A DNA stretch of 32,000 bases from the sequence record OZ374907.1; one strand, written 5' to 3'. This document shows, one piece after another, positions 21,018-31,127 of this stretch (positions are counted from its first letter, which is position 1; each line of letters opens with the position of its first letter). The translations under genes were made by a program, and so were the position numbers. The notes beneath the pieces are model-generated. The model did not search any database and was not told the origin of the DNA. It saw only the letters and a program-made list of their open reading frames with translations.

Positions 21018-21404
21018 ATGGTGAAACAAGTACGTAAAGCAAAAAATGTACGCCGACGTTTACCTCGTGGAGTTGTACATATTTATGCTAGTTTTAATAA
21101 TACAATTGTGAATGTAACTGATTCCAATGGTAATGTTGTTGCTTGGTCCTCTGCAGGAGCCTGTGGTTTTAAAGGTGCAAAACGTGGTACACCTTTTGCC
21201 GCTCAAATGGCTTCCCAAGAAGTAGTTCAAAAGTGCCTTGAAATGGGCATGAAACGTATTGAAGTAGTCCTTCGTGGCCCTGGAGCTGGTCGTGATACTT
21301 CTGTTCGTGCATTACAAGCCGGTGGATTAGCAATTACATTATTACGAGATACAACTGCGTTACCTCATAATGGGTGTCGACCCCCCAAAAATCGACGCGT
21401 TTAA
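21018..21404 (+). CDS. rps11: Ribosomal protein S11
   Basis: [44 protein letters not shown] is the uS11 signature. Confidence 0.97.
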   Translation: MVKQVRKAKNVRRRLPRGVVHIYASFNNTIVNVTDSNGNVVAWSSAGACGFKGAKRGTPFAAQMASQEVVQKCLEMGMKRIEVVLRGPGAGRDTSVRALQAGGLAITLLRDTTALPHNGCRPPKNRRV

Positions 21405-21412
21405 TAAAAATA

Positions 21413-21455
21413 TAGGGAGTTCAAAGATTATATTTATATCAATCTGAACTCCCTA
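21413..21455 (+). promoter_or_regulatory. Bipartite stem-loop between rps11 and rpoA (10 bp + 5 bp)
   Basis: tagggagttc (21413-21422) pairs with gaactcccta (21446-21455). agatt (21425-21429) pairs with aatct (21441-21445). The loop is 11 nt. The structure starts 9 nt after the rps11 stop and ends 18 nt before the rpoA start. Confidence 0.55.
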
Positions 21456-21473
21456 TTTATCATATCTATTACC

Positions 21474-22340
21474 ATGTGTGCCAATTCTACAACTTTTCGT
21501 TGTGAAAAACTGACAGTACATTCTAAAAATGAATATCAGGGGACACTTGATATTTCGTGTCTACCTAGTCATCAACCTCTTCTATTTTCAAACTTTCTTA
21601 GACGAGTTATATTTAGTGAGTGTCCTCAATTAGGTTTACGAGTTGGGTTTTGTGGAACATGGGGAACTGATTTCTTATCTCAAACAACACTTGTTGATTT
21701 TGTTTATTCAAATTTTTTCTTCAAAAAACGAAACATTTTTGCGCAAAAAAGTTTAGGCGAATTGGGTTTTGTGGCTGGGAATGATGTTTTTAATTTAACA
21801 AAAAAAATTAACCAGCTTCCCCTTATTTATGACCACCTTGCTGAAAACTTTACAAATAAGACAATTCGTCTTTGTGTCCAGGGTCCAGGTCAAATTCGTG
21901 CAGCGCAACTTCATTTTCCTCCTGGTCTTTCATGTTTAACACCAAATACTGTACTAGGTGAAATTTCTGATTCATCTATTTTGGAAATTCACTTCCTATT
22001 ACAAGTTACACCAGCTTCCATTTCGACTTGGAATGCTTATCATATTGGGTACAAAGCTTTAGAAACAGGACAAAATCGAGCTAAAGGGACTAATCAGCTT
22101 AATTTATGGGGTGAAACTCTGTATGAAACAGAAATTTTTCCTACTGATACACGAAAGGCTTACTATCGTGGAATTAGTTTAGCTATTCATGACTCAAAAC
22201 AAATTAAATTAAATTTTGTTGGTAGCCTAAATAACGATTTTAACCAGCGTTTACCGCGTTCTATGAAACGGTTAGCAATAACATTAAGTAAACTAAAAGA
22301 CCAATCTATTTCAAATCCATTATTAGTCACACGTCAATAA
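21474..22340 (+). CDS. rpoA: RNA polymerase alpha subunit, divergent and short (288 aa)
   Basis: Position is right, immediately after rps11. Recognisable alpha N-terminal-domain blocks are YQGTLDISCLPSHQPLLFSNFLRRVIFSECPQLGL (compare G.F...PL..G...T.GNALRR.LLS...G) and IRLCVQGPGQIRAAQLHFPPGLSCLTPNTVLGEISDSSILEIHFLLQ. No clear alpha C-terminal domain is visible. Confidence 0.75.
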   Translation: MCANSTTFRCEKLTVHSKNEYQGTLDISCLPSHQPLLFSNFLRRVIFSECPQLGLRVGFCGTWGTDFLSQTTLVDFVYSNFFFKKRNIFAQKSLGELGFVAGNDVFNLTKKINQLPLIYDHLAENFTNKTIRLCVQGPGQIRAAQLHFPPGLSCLTPNTVLGEISDSSILEIHFLLQVTPASISTWNAYHIGYKALETGQNRAKGTNQLNLWGETLYETEIFPTDTRKAYYRGISLAIHDSKQIKLNFVGSLNNDFNQRLPRSMKRLAITLSKLKDQSISNPLLVTRQ

Positions 22341-22470
22341 AAACGTTTAGTTTTTCCAAGTAGTGATAGTTTATTTAGAAAGAAATAGGGTATACTATAA
22401 AGAACGAGGATGGTTCTATGTGTGTTAATACTAAGTATTGAATTAACTCTGTAGATCCAGACTCTCATAA

Positions 22471-24919
<2,449 letters not shown>

Positions 24920-24938
24920 TTTAGTCAAATTGACGTTT

Positions 24939-24957
24939 CCCCCTCACTACGAGGGGG
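24939..24957 (+). terminator. GC-rich stem-loop plus T-run after psbC (ccccctc-actac-gaggggg, then tttcttttttt)
   Basis: Perfect 7-bp stem followed by a T-rich tract, resembling an intrinsic terminator. It lies 20 nt after the psbC stop. A second small palindrome, ttgacta-att-tagtcaa, spans the stop codon. Confidence 0.65.
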
Positions 24958-25046
24958 TTTCTTTTTTTCTTCTTATTAGTGTAAATTATCTTTTTTAATT
25001 GGTTTATTTTTATAAAAAATTAAATTATTATAATAGTAAAAATGGA

Positions 25047-25075
25047 TTCCTACCTTAGTTTTTTTAAGATAGGAA
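25047..25075 (-). terminator. 3' inverted repeat after rpl19 (ttcctacctt / aagataggaa, one mismatch)
   Basis: 10-bp stem with one C.A mismatch and a T-rich loop, 9 nt beyond the rpl19 stop on the minus strand. Confidence 0.45.
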
Positions 25076-25083
25076 CCTATTTG

Positions 25084-25467
25084 TTAAATTTGGGAACCAC
25101 GAGGGTTTTTCGCAGTAGGACGTGTTGTTACACGAGCAGCTTTACCCGCGCGTTCACGTAAATAATATAATTTAGCGCGACGAACTTTACCACGGCTTAC
25201 AACTTCAATAGAAGCTGTTCGGGGTGAACGTAAAAGAATTGTTCGTTCAATACCAATTCCTTGGAAAGTCTTTCGAACAACAATACTATCTTGAAGGCCA
25301 CGTGGTTTGCAAGCCACAATAGTTCCTTGATAAGCTTGTACTCGTTCTTTGTTTCCTTCTCGAATTCGAATTCCAATTTTGACCATGTCCCCTACCCCTA
25401 AACGGGGTAAGGGTTGAAAATCGACATTCGATCGTTCCGCTAATTTTAGAAAACGATCAAATTTCAT
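25084..25467 (-). CDS. rpl19: Ribosomal protein L19
   Basis: GVGDMVKIGIRIREGNKERVQAYQGTIVACKPRGLQDSIVVRK..GIGIERT..LRSP....IEVV..GKVRRAKLYYLR is the bL19 signature. Confidence 0.95.
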   Translation of the reverse strand: MKFDRFLKLAERSNVDFQPLPRLGVGDMVKIGIRIREGNKERVQAYQGTIVACKPRGLQDSIVVRKTFQGIGIERTILLRSPRTASIEVVSRGKVRRAKLYYLRERAGKAARVTTRPTAKNPRGSQI

Positions 25468-25479
25468 TTTTAATTATTT

Positions 25480-26709
25480 TTATTCAATAATGTTAGATAC
25501 AACACCAGCACCTACAGTACGACCACCTTCACGAATTGCAAAACGCATTTGGTTTTCAATTGCAATGGGTTGAATAAGTTCAACTGTCATCTTAATGTGG
25601 TCACCAGGCATTACCATTTGTGTCTCACTACCATCTTCACCTTTGAAAGAATCAATTTTACCTGTTACATCTGTTGTACGTACATAGAACTGGGGGCGGT
25701 AACCAGGGAAGAAAGGCGTGTGTCGGCCACCTTCTTCTTTTGTAAGAATGTAAACCTGAGATTCAAAACGAGTGTGAGGTGTAATTGTACCAGGCGCTGC
25801 TAATACCATACCACGCTCAATATCTTCTTTTTGTACACCACGAAGGAGAACACCTACGTTATCACCTGCCATTGTCTCTTCGAGAGTCTTTTGGAACATC
25901 TCAAGACCTGTAACAGTTGTTGTTTGTGTATCACGAAGACCAACAATTTCAATGTTGTCACCAACTTTGAGAACACCACGCTCAACACGACCTGTTGCTA
26001 CAGTACCACGACCTGTAATAGAGAAAACATCCTCTACTGCCATAAGGAACGTTTTATCTGTTTGACGCTCAGGTGTAGGAACATAATTATCTACTTCATC
26101 CATTAAGTTGAAAATACGATCAACCCAGTCGTTATCACCACGACCAATAGACTCATTTTCTGTTAACGCCTCGAGAGCAAGAAGGGCAGAACCAGAAACA
26201 ATAGGAATGTCGTCACCAGGGAATTCGTAGTTACTTAATGTCTCACGAATTTCAAGGTCTACAAGTTCAAGGAGTTCAGGGTCATCTACTTGATCTTCTT
26301 TATTTAAGAAAACAACAATATTAGGAACACCTACTTGCTTTGCTAAAAGAATGTGCTCTTTTGTTTGAGGCATAGGACCATCTGCACCAGAAACAACGAG
26401 AATTGCACCATCCATCTGTGCAGCACCAGTAATCATGTTCTTAACGTAATCTGCGTGACCAGGACAGTCTACGTGTGCGTAGTGGCGGTTTTCTGTTTCG
26501 TATTCAACGTGTGCTGTATTAATTGTAATACCACGTGCTTTTTCTTCAGGAGCAGAATCGATCTCATCATACTTCTTACCAGGACCGTTAGTAAGAGCAG
26601 ACATTGCCATTGTAATTGCAGCTGTAAGAGTAGTCTTACCGTGGTCAACGTGACCAATCGTACCAATATTTACGTGAGGTTTAGTACGTTCAAATTTTTC
26701 GCGTGCCAT
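25480..26709 (-). CDS. tufA: Elongation factor Tu
   Basis: [33 protein letters not shown]...[34 protein letters not shown] is full-length EF-Tu, 409 aa. Confidence 0.98.
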   Translation of the reverse strand: MAREKFERTKPHVNIGTIGHVDHGKTTLTAAITMAMSALTNGPGKKYDEIDSAPEEKARGITINTAHVEYETENRHYAHVDCPGHADYVKNMITGAAQMDGAILVVSGADGPMPQTKEHILLAKQVGVPNIVVFLNKEDQVDDPELLELVDLEIRETLSNYEFPGDDIPIVSGSALLALEALTENESIGRGDNDWVDRIFNLMDEVDNYVPTPERQTDKTFLMAVEDVFSITGRGTVATGRVERGVLKVGDNIEIVGLRDTQTTTVTGLEMFQKTLEETMAGDNVGVLLRGVQKEDIERGMVLAAPGTITPHTRFESQVYILTKEEGGRHTPFFPGYRPQFYVRTTDVTGKIDSFKGEDGSETQMVMPGDHIKMTVELIQPIAIENQMRFAIREGGRTVGAGVVSNIIE

Positions 26710-26894
26710 ATTTTTTATTTATTTTTTAAAAACATTACTAATTTTGGGAAAAGTTTATTTTATCTAAATCTAATCAGATTGATAAAAAGCGATCATTAAT
26801 TATTATAACTCAAAATTAAAGTTTTATCAATATAATTTAAATTAATTTTTATAAATTATTAATTGTTTATTGCCATACTAATTAAAATTAGAAT

Positions 26895-26968
<74 letters not shown>

Positions 26969-26980
26969 CTAACTAAAACA

Positions 26981-27062
26981 CCTGGGATGACCGGTAGAGT
27001 TCAGGGTGTGCTGCTTCGTTACCGATCTGACACGGTATCCTAAGTCTGCCCCCAAACCCAGG
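26981..27062 (-). ncRNA. ffs: Small SRP RNA (4.5S-like), plastid ffs
   Basis: The minus-strand RNA is CCUGGGUUUGGGGGCAGACUUAGGAUACCGUGUCAGAUCGGUAACGAAGCAGCACACCCUGAACUCUACCGGUCAUCCCAGG. It contains the SRP domain IV signature GUCAGAUCG-GUAA-CGAAGCAGC (E. coli 4.5S has GUCAGGUCC-GGAA-GGAAGCAGC). That is a GNRA tetraloop closed by UCG/CGA and flanked by the conserved symmetric-loop sequences. The ends pair (CCUGGG with CCCAGG) to give one long interrupted hairpin. It lies between trnG(UCC) and trnI(GAU) on the same strand. Confidence 0.72.
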
Positions 27063-27134
27063 CTTACTTCTAGTATACAATAGAACTTGTTAGAAAGTCA
27101 ATTCTAAGTATTACTACTTTCTACCAAGTTAGAC

Positions 27135-27206
27135 AGCGGGTGACGCGGATCGAACGCGCGGCCACCGACTTGGAAGGACGGTGCTCTACCACTGAGCTAC
27201 ACCCGC
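27135..27206 (-). tRNA. trnG(UCC): tRNA-Gly (anticodon UCC), intronless
   Basis: Reverse complement is GCGGGTGTAGCTCAGTGGTAGAGC.. with anticodon loop CTTCCAA. T-arm is GCGCG-TTCGATC-CGCGT. There is one U.U mismatch in the anticodon stem. Confidence 0.9.
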
Positions 27207-27235
27207 AATTCTAAAACAGCTCTAGTACACGTACA

Positions 27236-27322
27236 CGGAGAGAGAGGGATTCGAACCCTCGTTAGCGTCACCACTAAACCAACGTTCCAGGTTGGCACCT
27301 TCAACCACTCGGTCACCTCTCC
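27236..27322 (-). tRNA. trnS(GGA): tRNA-Ser (anticodon GGA), class II
   Basis: Reverse complement is GGAGAGGTGACCGAGTGGTTGAAGG.. with anticodon stem-loop CCAAC-CTGGAAC-GTTGG. It has a long variable arm and T-loop TTCGAAT. Confidence 0.92.
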
Positions 27323-27327
27323 ATATT

Positions 27328-27409
27328 TGGGCCGAGCTGGATTCGAACCAGCGTAGGCATAGCCAGCGGAGTTACAATCCGCCTCCTTTAGCCACTCGGA
27401 CATCGACCC
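27328..27409 (-). tRNA. trnY(GUA): tRNA-Tyr (anticodon GUA), class II
   Basis: Reverse complement is GGGTCGATGTCCGAGTGGCTAAAGGAGGCGGATTGTAACTCCGC.. with anticodon loop TTGTAAC and a long variable arm. The acceptor pairs GGGTCGA with TCGGCCC, as in plastid trnY. Confidence 0.92.
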
Positions 27410-27589
27410 CAATTTTAATAAAAATTGATTTAGAACCTAGTACTTTTTAATAGCTTATCTAGTTCCATAAATATTATACCATAAGATACATATAATATGC
27501 AAGAAAGAAGTTTTGTTTTAAACACTTTCACGATAAAATTAACGAGGGGTAGACGAAATAGGAGTAAATAGGTTATATTAATAAGTGAT

Positions 27590-27662
27590 GCCAACTTAGC
27601 TCAGGGGTCAGAGCTTCGGTCTTGTAAACCGAAGGTCATCGGTTCGAATCCGATAGTTGGCT
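27590..27662 (+). tRNA. trnT(UGU): tRNA-Thr (anticodon UGU)
   Basis: Starts GCCAACTTAGCTCAGGGGTCAGAGC. Anticodon stem-loop is TCGGT-CTTGTAA-ACCGA. T-arm is ATCGG-TTCGAAT-CCGAT. Confidence 0.94.
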
Positions 27663-27668
27663 TGTTAT

Positions 27669-27691
27669 TTCCCGGAAATACATTCCGGGAA
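27669..27691 (+). repeat. Perfect 9-bp stem-loop filling the trnT-trnR spacer (ttcccggaa-ataca-ttccgggaa)
   Basis: Read directly from the sequence. It begins 6 nt after trnT and ends 2 nt before trnR. Confidence 0.7.
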
Positions 27692-27693
27692 GC

Positions 27694-27768
27694 GGGTCTA
27701 TCGCCTAACTGGATAGGGCACGGGCCTTCTAAGCCCGCTTTGTCTGGGTTCGAGTCCCAGTAGACTCA
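27694..27768 (+). tRNA. trnR(UCU): tRNA-Arg (anticodon UCU)
   Basis: Starts GGGTCTATCGCCTAACTGGATAGGGC. Anticodon stem-loop is CGGGC-CTTCTAA-GCCCG. T-arm is CTGGG-TTCGAGT-CCCAG and the acceptor 3' strand is TAGACTC. Confidence 0.92.
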
Positions 27769-27798
27769 TGAATATTATTTACTAAATATGTTTTCTAT

Positions 27799-28087
<289 letters not shown>

Positions 28088-28204
28088 TATAGAAACTAGG
28101 GGACTGATTTTAGTATACCGTAAATTTAAAAACTATTCCAACTATTTAGTGATATGCTATCATAAGTATTGAGTAGCCTATTCTCTGTTTTGCAATGTTC
28201 ATTT

Positions 28205-28321
28205 ATGTTTGCTCTTAAAGTTTTAGTTTATACTGTAGTAATTTTCTTTGTTTCTCTTTTCGTTTTTGGTTTCTTATCTAATGACCCCGGTCGTAGCCCT
28301 GGTGAAAAGGATTTAAACTAG
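28205..28321 (+). CDS. psbI: Photosystem II reaction-centre protein I (38 aa; below ORF-track cut-off)
   Basis: Hand translation gives [38 protein letters not shown] then stop. This matches the conserved PsbI core (..[26 protein letters not shown]). Confidence 0.92.
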   Translation: MFALKVLVYTVVIFFVSLFVFGFLSNDPGRSPGEKDLN

Positions 28322-28341
28322 ATCTAAGTTAGTGCAAAATT

Positions 28342-28361
28342 CCCCACTTTAATCGGTGGGG
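28342..28361 (+). terminator. 3' stem-loop after psbI (ccccac...gtgggg)
   Basis: 6-bp G/C stem, 21 nt after the psbI stop, followed by tgtttatt. Confidence 0.55.
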
Positions 28362-28437
28362 TGTTTATTAAAATGTTTTATAAAATTTAAAATAGTTTGA
28401 AAGAGATGCTTTTGGTTATATAAGTAAAAAAAAGAAC

Positions 28438-28457
28438 CCCCACTTTAAAAAGTGGGG
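28438..28457 (-). terminator. 3' stem-loop after rbcL (ccccact-ttaaaa-agtgggg)
   Basis: 7-bp stem, 28 nt beyond the rbcL stop on the minus strand. It shares the core CCCCACTTTAA with the psbI stem-loop. Confidence 0.6.
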
Positions 28458-28484
28458 AATTTCTATTTTTATGGAATAGCTTAA

Positions 28485-29912
28485 TTAGAGCTTATCAATA
28501 GTTTCGAATTCGAACTTAATCTCCTTCCAAACTTCACAAGCTGCTGCGAGCTCAGGACTCCACTTACCAGCTGCACGAATTACGTCACCACCCTCACGAG
28601 CGAGGTCACGACCTTCGTTACGAGCTTGTACACAAGCCTCAAGAGCTACACGGTTAGCAGCCGCACCAGGAGCGTTACCCCAAGGGTGACCAAGAGTACC
28701 ACCACCAAACTGGAGTACAGAGTCATCACCGAAGATCTCTACGAGTGCGGGCATGTGCCATACGTGAATACCACCGGATGCTACGGGAAGAGTACCACCC
28801 ATTGCACACCACTGCTGAGTAAAGTAAATACCACGGTTACGGTCCTTCTCAACGTGATCGTCACGCATGAGGTCTACGAAACCAAGTGTTACTTCACGCT
28901 CACCCTCAAGCTTACCTACTACAGTACCGGAGTGAAGGTGGTCACCACCAGACATACGGAGAGCCTTAGCGAGAACACGGAAGTGAATACCGTGGTTACG
29001 CTGACGGTCAATTACCGCGTGCATTGCACGGTGAATGTGGAGGAGAAGACCGTTGTCACGACAGTAGTCGGAGAGAGTTGTGTTAGCTGTAAAACCACCT
29101 GTAAGGTAGTCGTGCATAATAATGGGCATACCGAGCTCCTTAGCAAACTCAGCACGCTTCATCATCTGCTCTACAGTACCAGCTGTTGCGTTAAGGTAGT
29201 GACCCTTAATCTCACCAGTTTCTGCTTGAGCCTTGTAAATAGCCTCAGCACAGAAGAGGAAACGATCACGCCAACGCATGAAGGGCTGGGAGTTTACGTT
29301 CTCATCATCCTTAGTGAAGTCAAGACCACCACGAAGACACTCGTATACTGCACGACCGTAGTTCTTAGCAGAGAGACCGAGCTTAGGCTTAATAGTACAA
29401 CCGAGGAGGGGACGACCGTACTTGTTAAGCTTATCACGCTCAACCTGAATACCGTGGGGAGGACCGTTGAAAGTCTTTACATATGCGGGAGGAATACGGA
29501 GATCCTCAAGACGAAGAGCACGGAGTGCCTTGAAACCGAATACGTTACCTACGATAGAAGTAAGGAGGTTAGTTACAGAACCTTCCTCAAAAAGGTCGAG
29601 GGGGTATGCTACATAAGCGATGTACTGGTTATCTTCACCAGGTACGGGCTCGAGGTCATAACAACGACCCTTGTAGTTATCAAGACAAGTAAGACCGTCT
29701 GTCCATACAGTAGTCCAAGTACCTGTGGAGGACTCAGCCGCTACAGCTGCACCACACTCTTCGGGGGGTACACCAGGTTGGGGAGTCATACGGAAAGCTG
29801 CGAGAATATCAGTTTCTTTTACTTGGTACTCAGGAGTGTAGTATGTAAGACGGTAGTCCTTTACACCGGCCTTAAATCCTGCAGATGTGCGAGTCTCAGT
29901 TTGAGGTGCCAT
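28485..29912 (-). CDS. rbcL: RuBisCO large subunit, form IB (green type)
   Basis: [75 protein letters not shown]...[48 protein letters not shown]. Length is 475 aa and there is no adjacent rbcS. Confidence 0.99.
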   Translation of the reverse strand: MAPQTETRTSAGFKAGVKDYRLTYYTPEYQVKETDILAAFRMTPQPGVPPEECGAAVAAESSTGTWTTVWTDGLTCLDNYKGRCYDLEPVPGEDNQYIAYVAYPLDLFEEGSVTNLLTSIVGNVFGFKALRALRLEDLRIPPAYVKTFNGPPHGIQVERDKLNKYGRPLLGCTIKPKLGLSAKNYGRAVYECLRGGLDFTKDDENVNSQPFMRWRDRFLFCAEAIYKAQAETGEIKGHYLNATAGTVEQMMKRAEFAKELGMPIIMHDYLTGGFTANTTLSDYCRDNGLLLHIHRAMHAVIDRQRNHGIHFRVLAKALRMSGGDHLHSGTVVGKLEGEREVTLGFVDLMRDDHVEKDRNRGIYFTQQWCAMGGTLPVASGGIHVWHMPALVEIFGDDSVLQFGGGTLGHPWGNAPGAAANRVALEACVQARNEGRDLAREGGDVIRAAGKWSPELAAACEVWKEIKFEFETIDKL

Positions 29913-30144
29913 TCAAATCTTTATGCTATTGCCGCAAAGCGTTGCAAGTTCGCTAATTTGGAGGTATTACATCATAGAACGTGTAATAACTACCGCTATG
30001 TTATAGCATACCAAATCCTATAAACCCCAAAAAAGAATAAACTGTCATTTAAAAATTTTAAAATAGGGCGATATTTATTATACTTTATTATAAAAAAATA
30101 ACTTTATTAGAGCAAAAAGTAATTTGTTTGGTTTAAAATAAAAA

Positions 30145-30216
30145 AGCGGGTAACGTGGATCGAACACGCGACATCCACCTTGGCAAGGTGGCGCTCTACC
30201 ACTGAGCTATACCCGC
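30145..30216 (-). tRNA. trnG(GCC): tRNA-Gly (anticodon GCC)
   Basis: Reverse complement is GCGGGTATAGCTCAGTGGTAGAGCG with anticodon stem-loop CCACC-TTGCCAA-GGTGG. T-arm is GCGTG-TTCGATC-CACGT. Confidence 0.93.
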
Positions 30217-30231
30217 ATTAATCATTTGGTG

Positions 30232-30304
30232 GGCGAACGACGGGAATTGAACCCGCGAATGATGGAACCACAACCCATTGCCTTACCACTTGGCTACGCC
30301 CGCC
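30232..30304 (-). tRNA. trnH(GUG): tRNA-His (anticodon GUG) with encoded G-1
   Basis: Reverse complement is G-GCGGGCGTAGCCAAGTGGTAAGGC.. with anticodon loop TTGTGGT. T-arm is GCGGG-TTCAATT-CCCGT. The extra 5' G sits opposite discriminator C, as in bacterial and plastid trnH. Confidence 0.92.
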
Positions 30305-30334
30305 ATCCTTCTTAGTTTACTTTGTTTCCAAAGC

Positions 30335-30407
30335 TGCCAAGAGCCAGACTTGAACTGGCGACACAGGGATTTTCAATCCCTTGCTCTACCAACTGAGCTA
30401 TCCCGGC
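30335..30407 (-). tRNA. trnF(GAA): tRNA-Phe (anticodon GAA)
   Basis: Reverse complement is GCCGGGATAGCTCAGTTGGTAGAGC with anticodon stem-loop AGGGA-TTGAAAA-TCCCT and T-loop TTCAAGT. Confidence 0.94.
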
Positions 30408-30423
30408 ATTTCCCTTAACAGAG

Positions 30424-30496
30424 TAGGCCCAACCGGACTCGAACCGATGACATCTTCCTTGTAAGGGAAGCGCTCTACCAACTGAGCTATGGGCCT
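30424..30496 (-). tRNA. trnV(UAC): tRNA-Val (anticodon UAC), intronless
   Basis: Reverse complement is AGGCCCATAGCTCAGTTGGTAGAGCG with anticodon stem-loop CTTCC-CTTACAA-GGAAG and T-loop TTCGAGT. Confidence 0.93.
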
Positions 30497-30509
30497 TTTG
30501 AAAAGGACT

Positions 30510-30582
30510 TGGAGGTAAGCGGACTCGAACCGCTGACATCCGCCTTGCAAAAGCGGCGCTCTACCAGCTGAGCTATACCCCC
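30510..30582 (-). tRNA. trnA(UGC): tRNA-Ala (anticodon UGC), intronless, not in an rRNA operon
   Basis: Reverse complement is GGGGGTATAGCTCAGCTGGTAGAGCGCCGCTTTTGCAAGGCGGATGTCAGCGGTTCGAGTCCGCTTACCTCCA. This is almost identical to plastid trnA-UGC exons and includes the G3-U70 identity pair. Confidence 0.94.
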
Positions 30583-30595
30583 CAAAAAAAAATAA

Positions 30596-30617
30596 CCTCT
30601 CTATTTAGATAGAGAGG
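30596..30617 (-). terminator. 9-bp stem-loop spanning the rpl20 stop codon (cctctctat-ttag-atagagagg)
   Basis: Perfect inverted repeat covering the last codons and stop of rpl20, 13 nt from the 5' end of trnA. Confidence 0.5.
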
Positions 30618-30942
30618 ACGTTAAGTAAGATGTATAATCTAAAACCGCAAGTTGTGCTAACGAACGACGATTAAGTGTTACTAAACAACGATTAATAATA
30701 TGAATGAATTTATTATAGTTCTTTCCACCAATACGAGCAATGGATCCAATACGTGTAATCCAGAGGCGTCGAAGATCACGTCGACGTCCTCGACGATCAC
30801 GATATTCATAACGCAACGCCTTCATACGTTGTTGCATTGCTGTTCGAAAAAGACGGGAGTGAGAACCATAATAACCACTTGCTTGACTTAGCACCTTATT
30901 ACGGCGAGATCGAGCAACTGATCCACGTTTTACTCGAGTCAT
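30601..30942 (-). CDS. rpl20: Ribosomal protein L20
   Basis: MTRVKRGSVARSRRNKVLSQASGYYGSHSRLFRTAMQQRMKALRYEYRDRRGRRRDLRRLWITRI is the bL20 signature. Confidence 0.96.
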   Translation of the reverse strand: MTRVKRGSVARSRRNKVLSQASGYYGSHSRLFRTAMQQRMKALRYEYRDRRGRRRDLRRLWITRIGSIARIGGKNYNKFIHIINRCLVTLNRRSLAQLAVLDYTSYLTSSLSK

Positions 30943-31019
30943 TTCCTTCTTCTACTTGAAAGCTAGTTAATATTACTTAGTTTTTGAAAGTAATAAACGA
31001 AGGGTTATAAATCCCTTCA

Positions 31020-31092
31020 TACCCCCAAGGGGATTCGAACCCCTGTCGCCTCCGTGAAAGGGAGATGTCCTTGGCCTCTAGACGATGGGGGC
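31020..31092 (-). tRNA. trnE(UUC): tRNA-Glu (anticodon UUC)
   Basis: Reverse complement is GCCCCCATCGTCTAGAGGCCAAGGACATCTCCCTTTCACGGAGG.. with anticodon loop CTTTCAC. It is very similar to plastid trnE. Confidence 0.93.
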
Positions 31093-31127
31093 TTATATTT
31101 ATATTAAATGAAACTACAAGAAGTGTC

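Noticed and set aside
25549-26799. Plus-strand ORFs of 84-148 aa overlapping tufA
   Set aside because: They are antisense to a full-length, canonical EF-Tu gene. The translations are Cys/Thr/Asn-rich with no recognisable features.
26975-27075. Possible 5S rRNA, because it is a small structured RNA next to trnI
   Set aside because: The segment lacks the conserved 5S loop sequences (for example CCGAAC and the loop E region) and the three-helix junction. It forms a single hairpin carrying the SRP domain IV motif instead, so it is called as ffs.
27197-27412. 71-aa minus-strand ORF (MGSMSEWLKEADCNSAGYAYAGSNP...)
   Set aside because: It reads straight through trnY(GUA), trnS(GGA) and the start of trnG(UCC). 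The GSNPA-type peptide is the usual translation of tRNA T-arms. The 75-aa ORF at 30312-30539 over trnF, trnV and trnA is rejected for the same reason.
30000-30008. Extended -10-like motif TGCTATAAC on the minus strand ~88 nt upstream of rbcL, plus TATAAT-like hexamers in the trnY/trnT divergent spacer (27413-27589)
   Set aside because: The spacers are A/T-rich, so such hexamers arise by chance, and no convincing -35 partner at 17-bp spacing was found. Promoters cannot be called from sequence alone; 5'-end mapping would be needed.
28626-30023. 465-aa ORF on the plus strand, the longest unassigned ORF in the track
   Set aside because: It is almost entirely antisense to rbcL. Its translation is low-complexity T/V/S/K-rich sequence with no motifs. 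The open frame is explained by rbcL codon bias, which avoids TTA, CTA and TCA (the reverse complements of stop codons). It is an artefact, not a gene.
30225-30232. Apparent genomically encoded CCA end on trnH (tggtggg on the plus strand)
   Set aside because: After the discriminator C the sequence reads CACCA, not CCA, so the 3' CCA is not encoded in register. It is a coincidental similarity.
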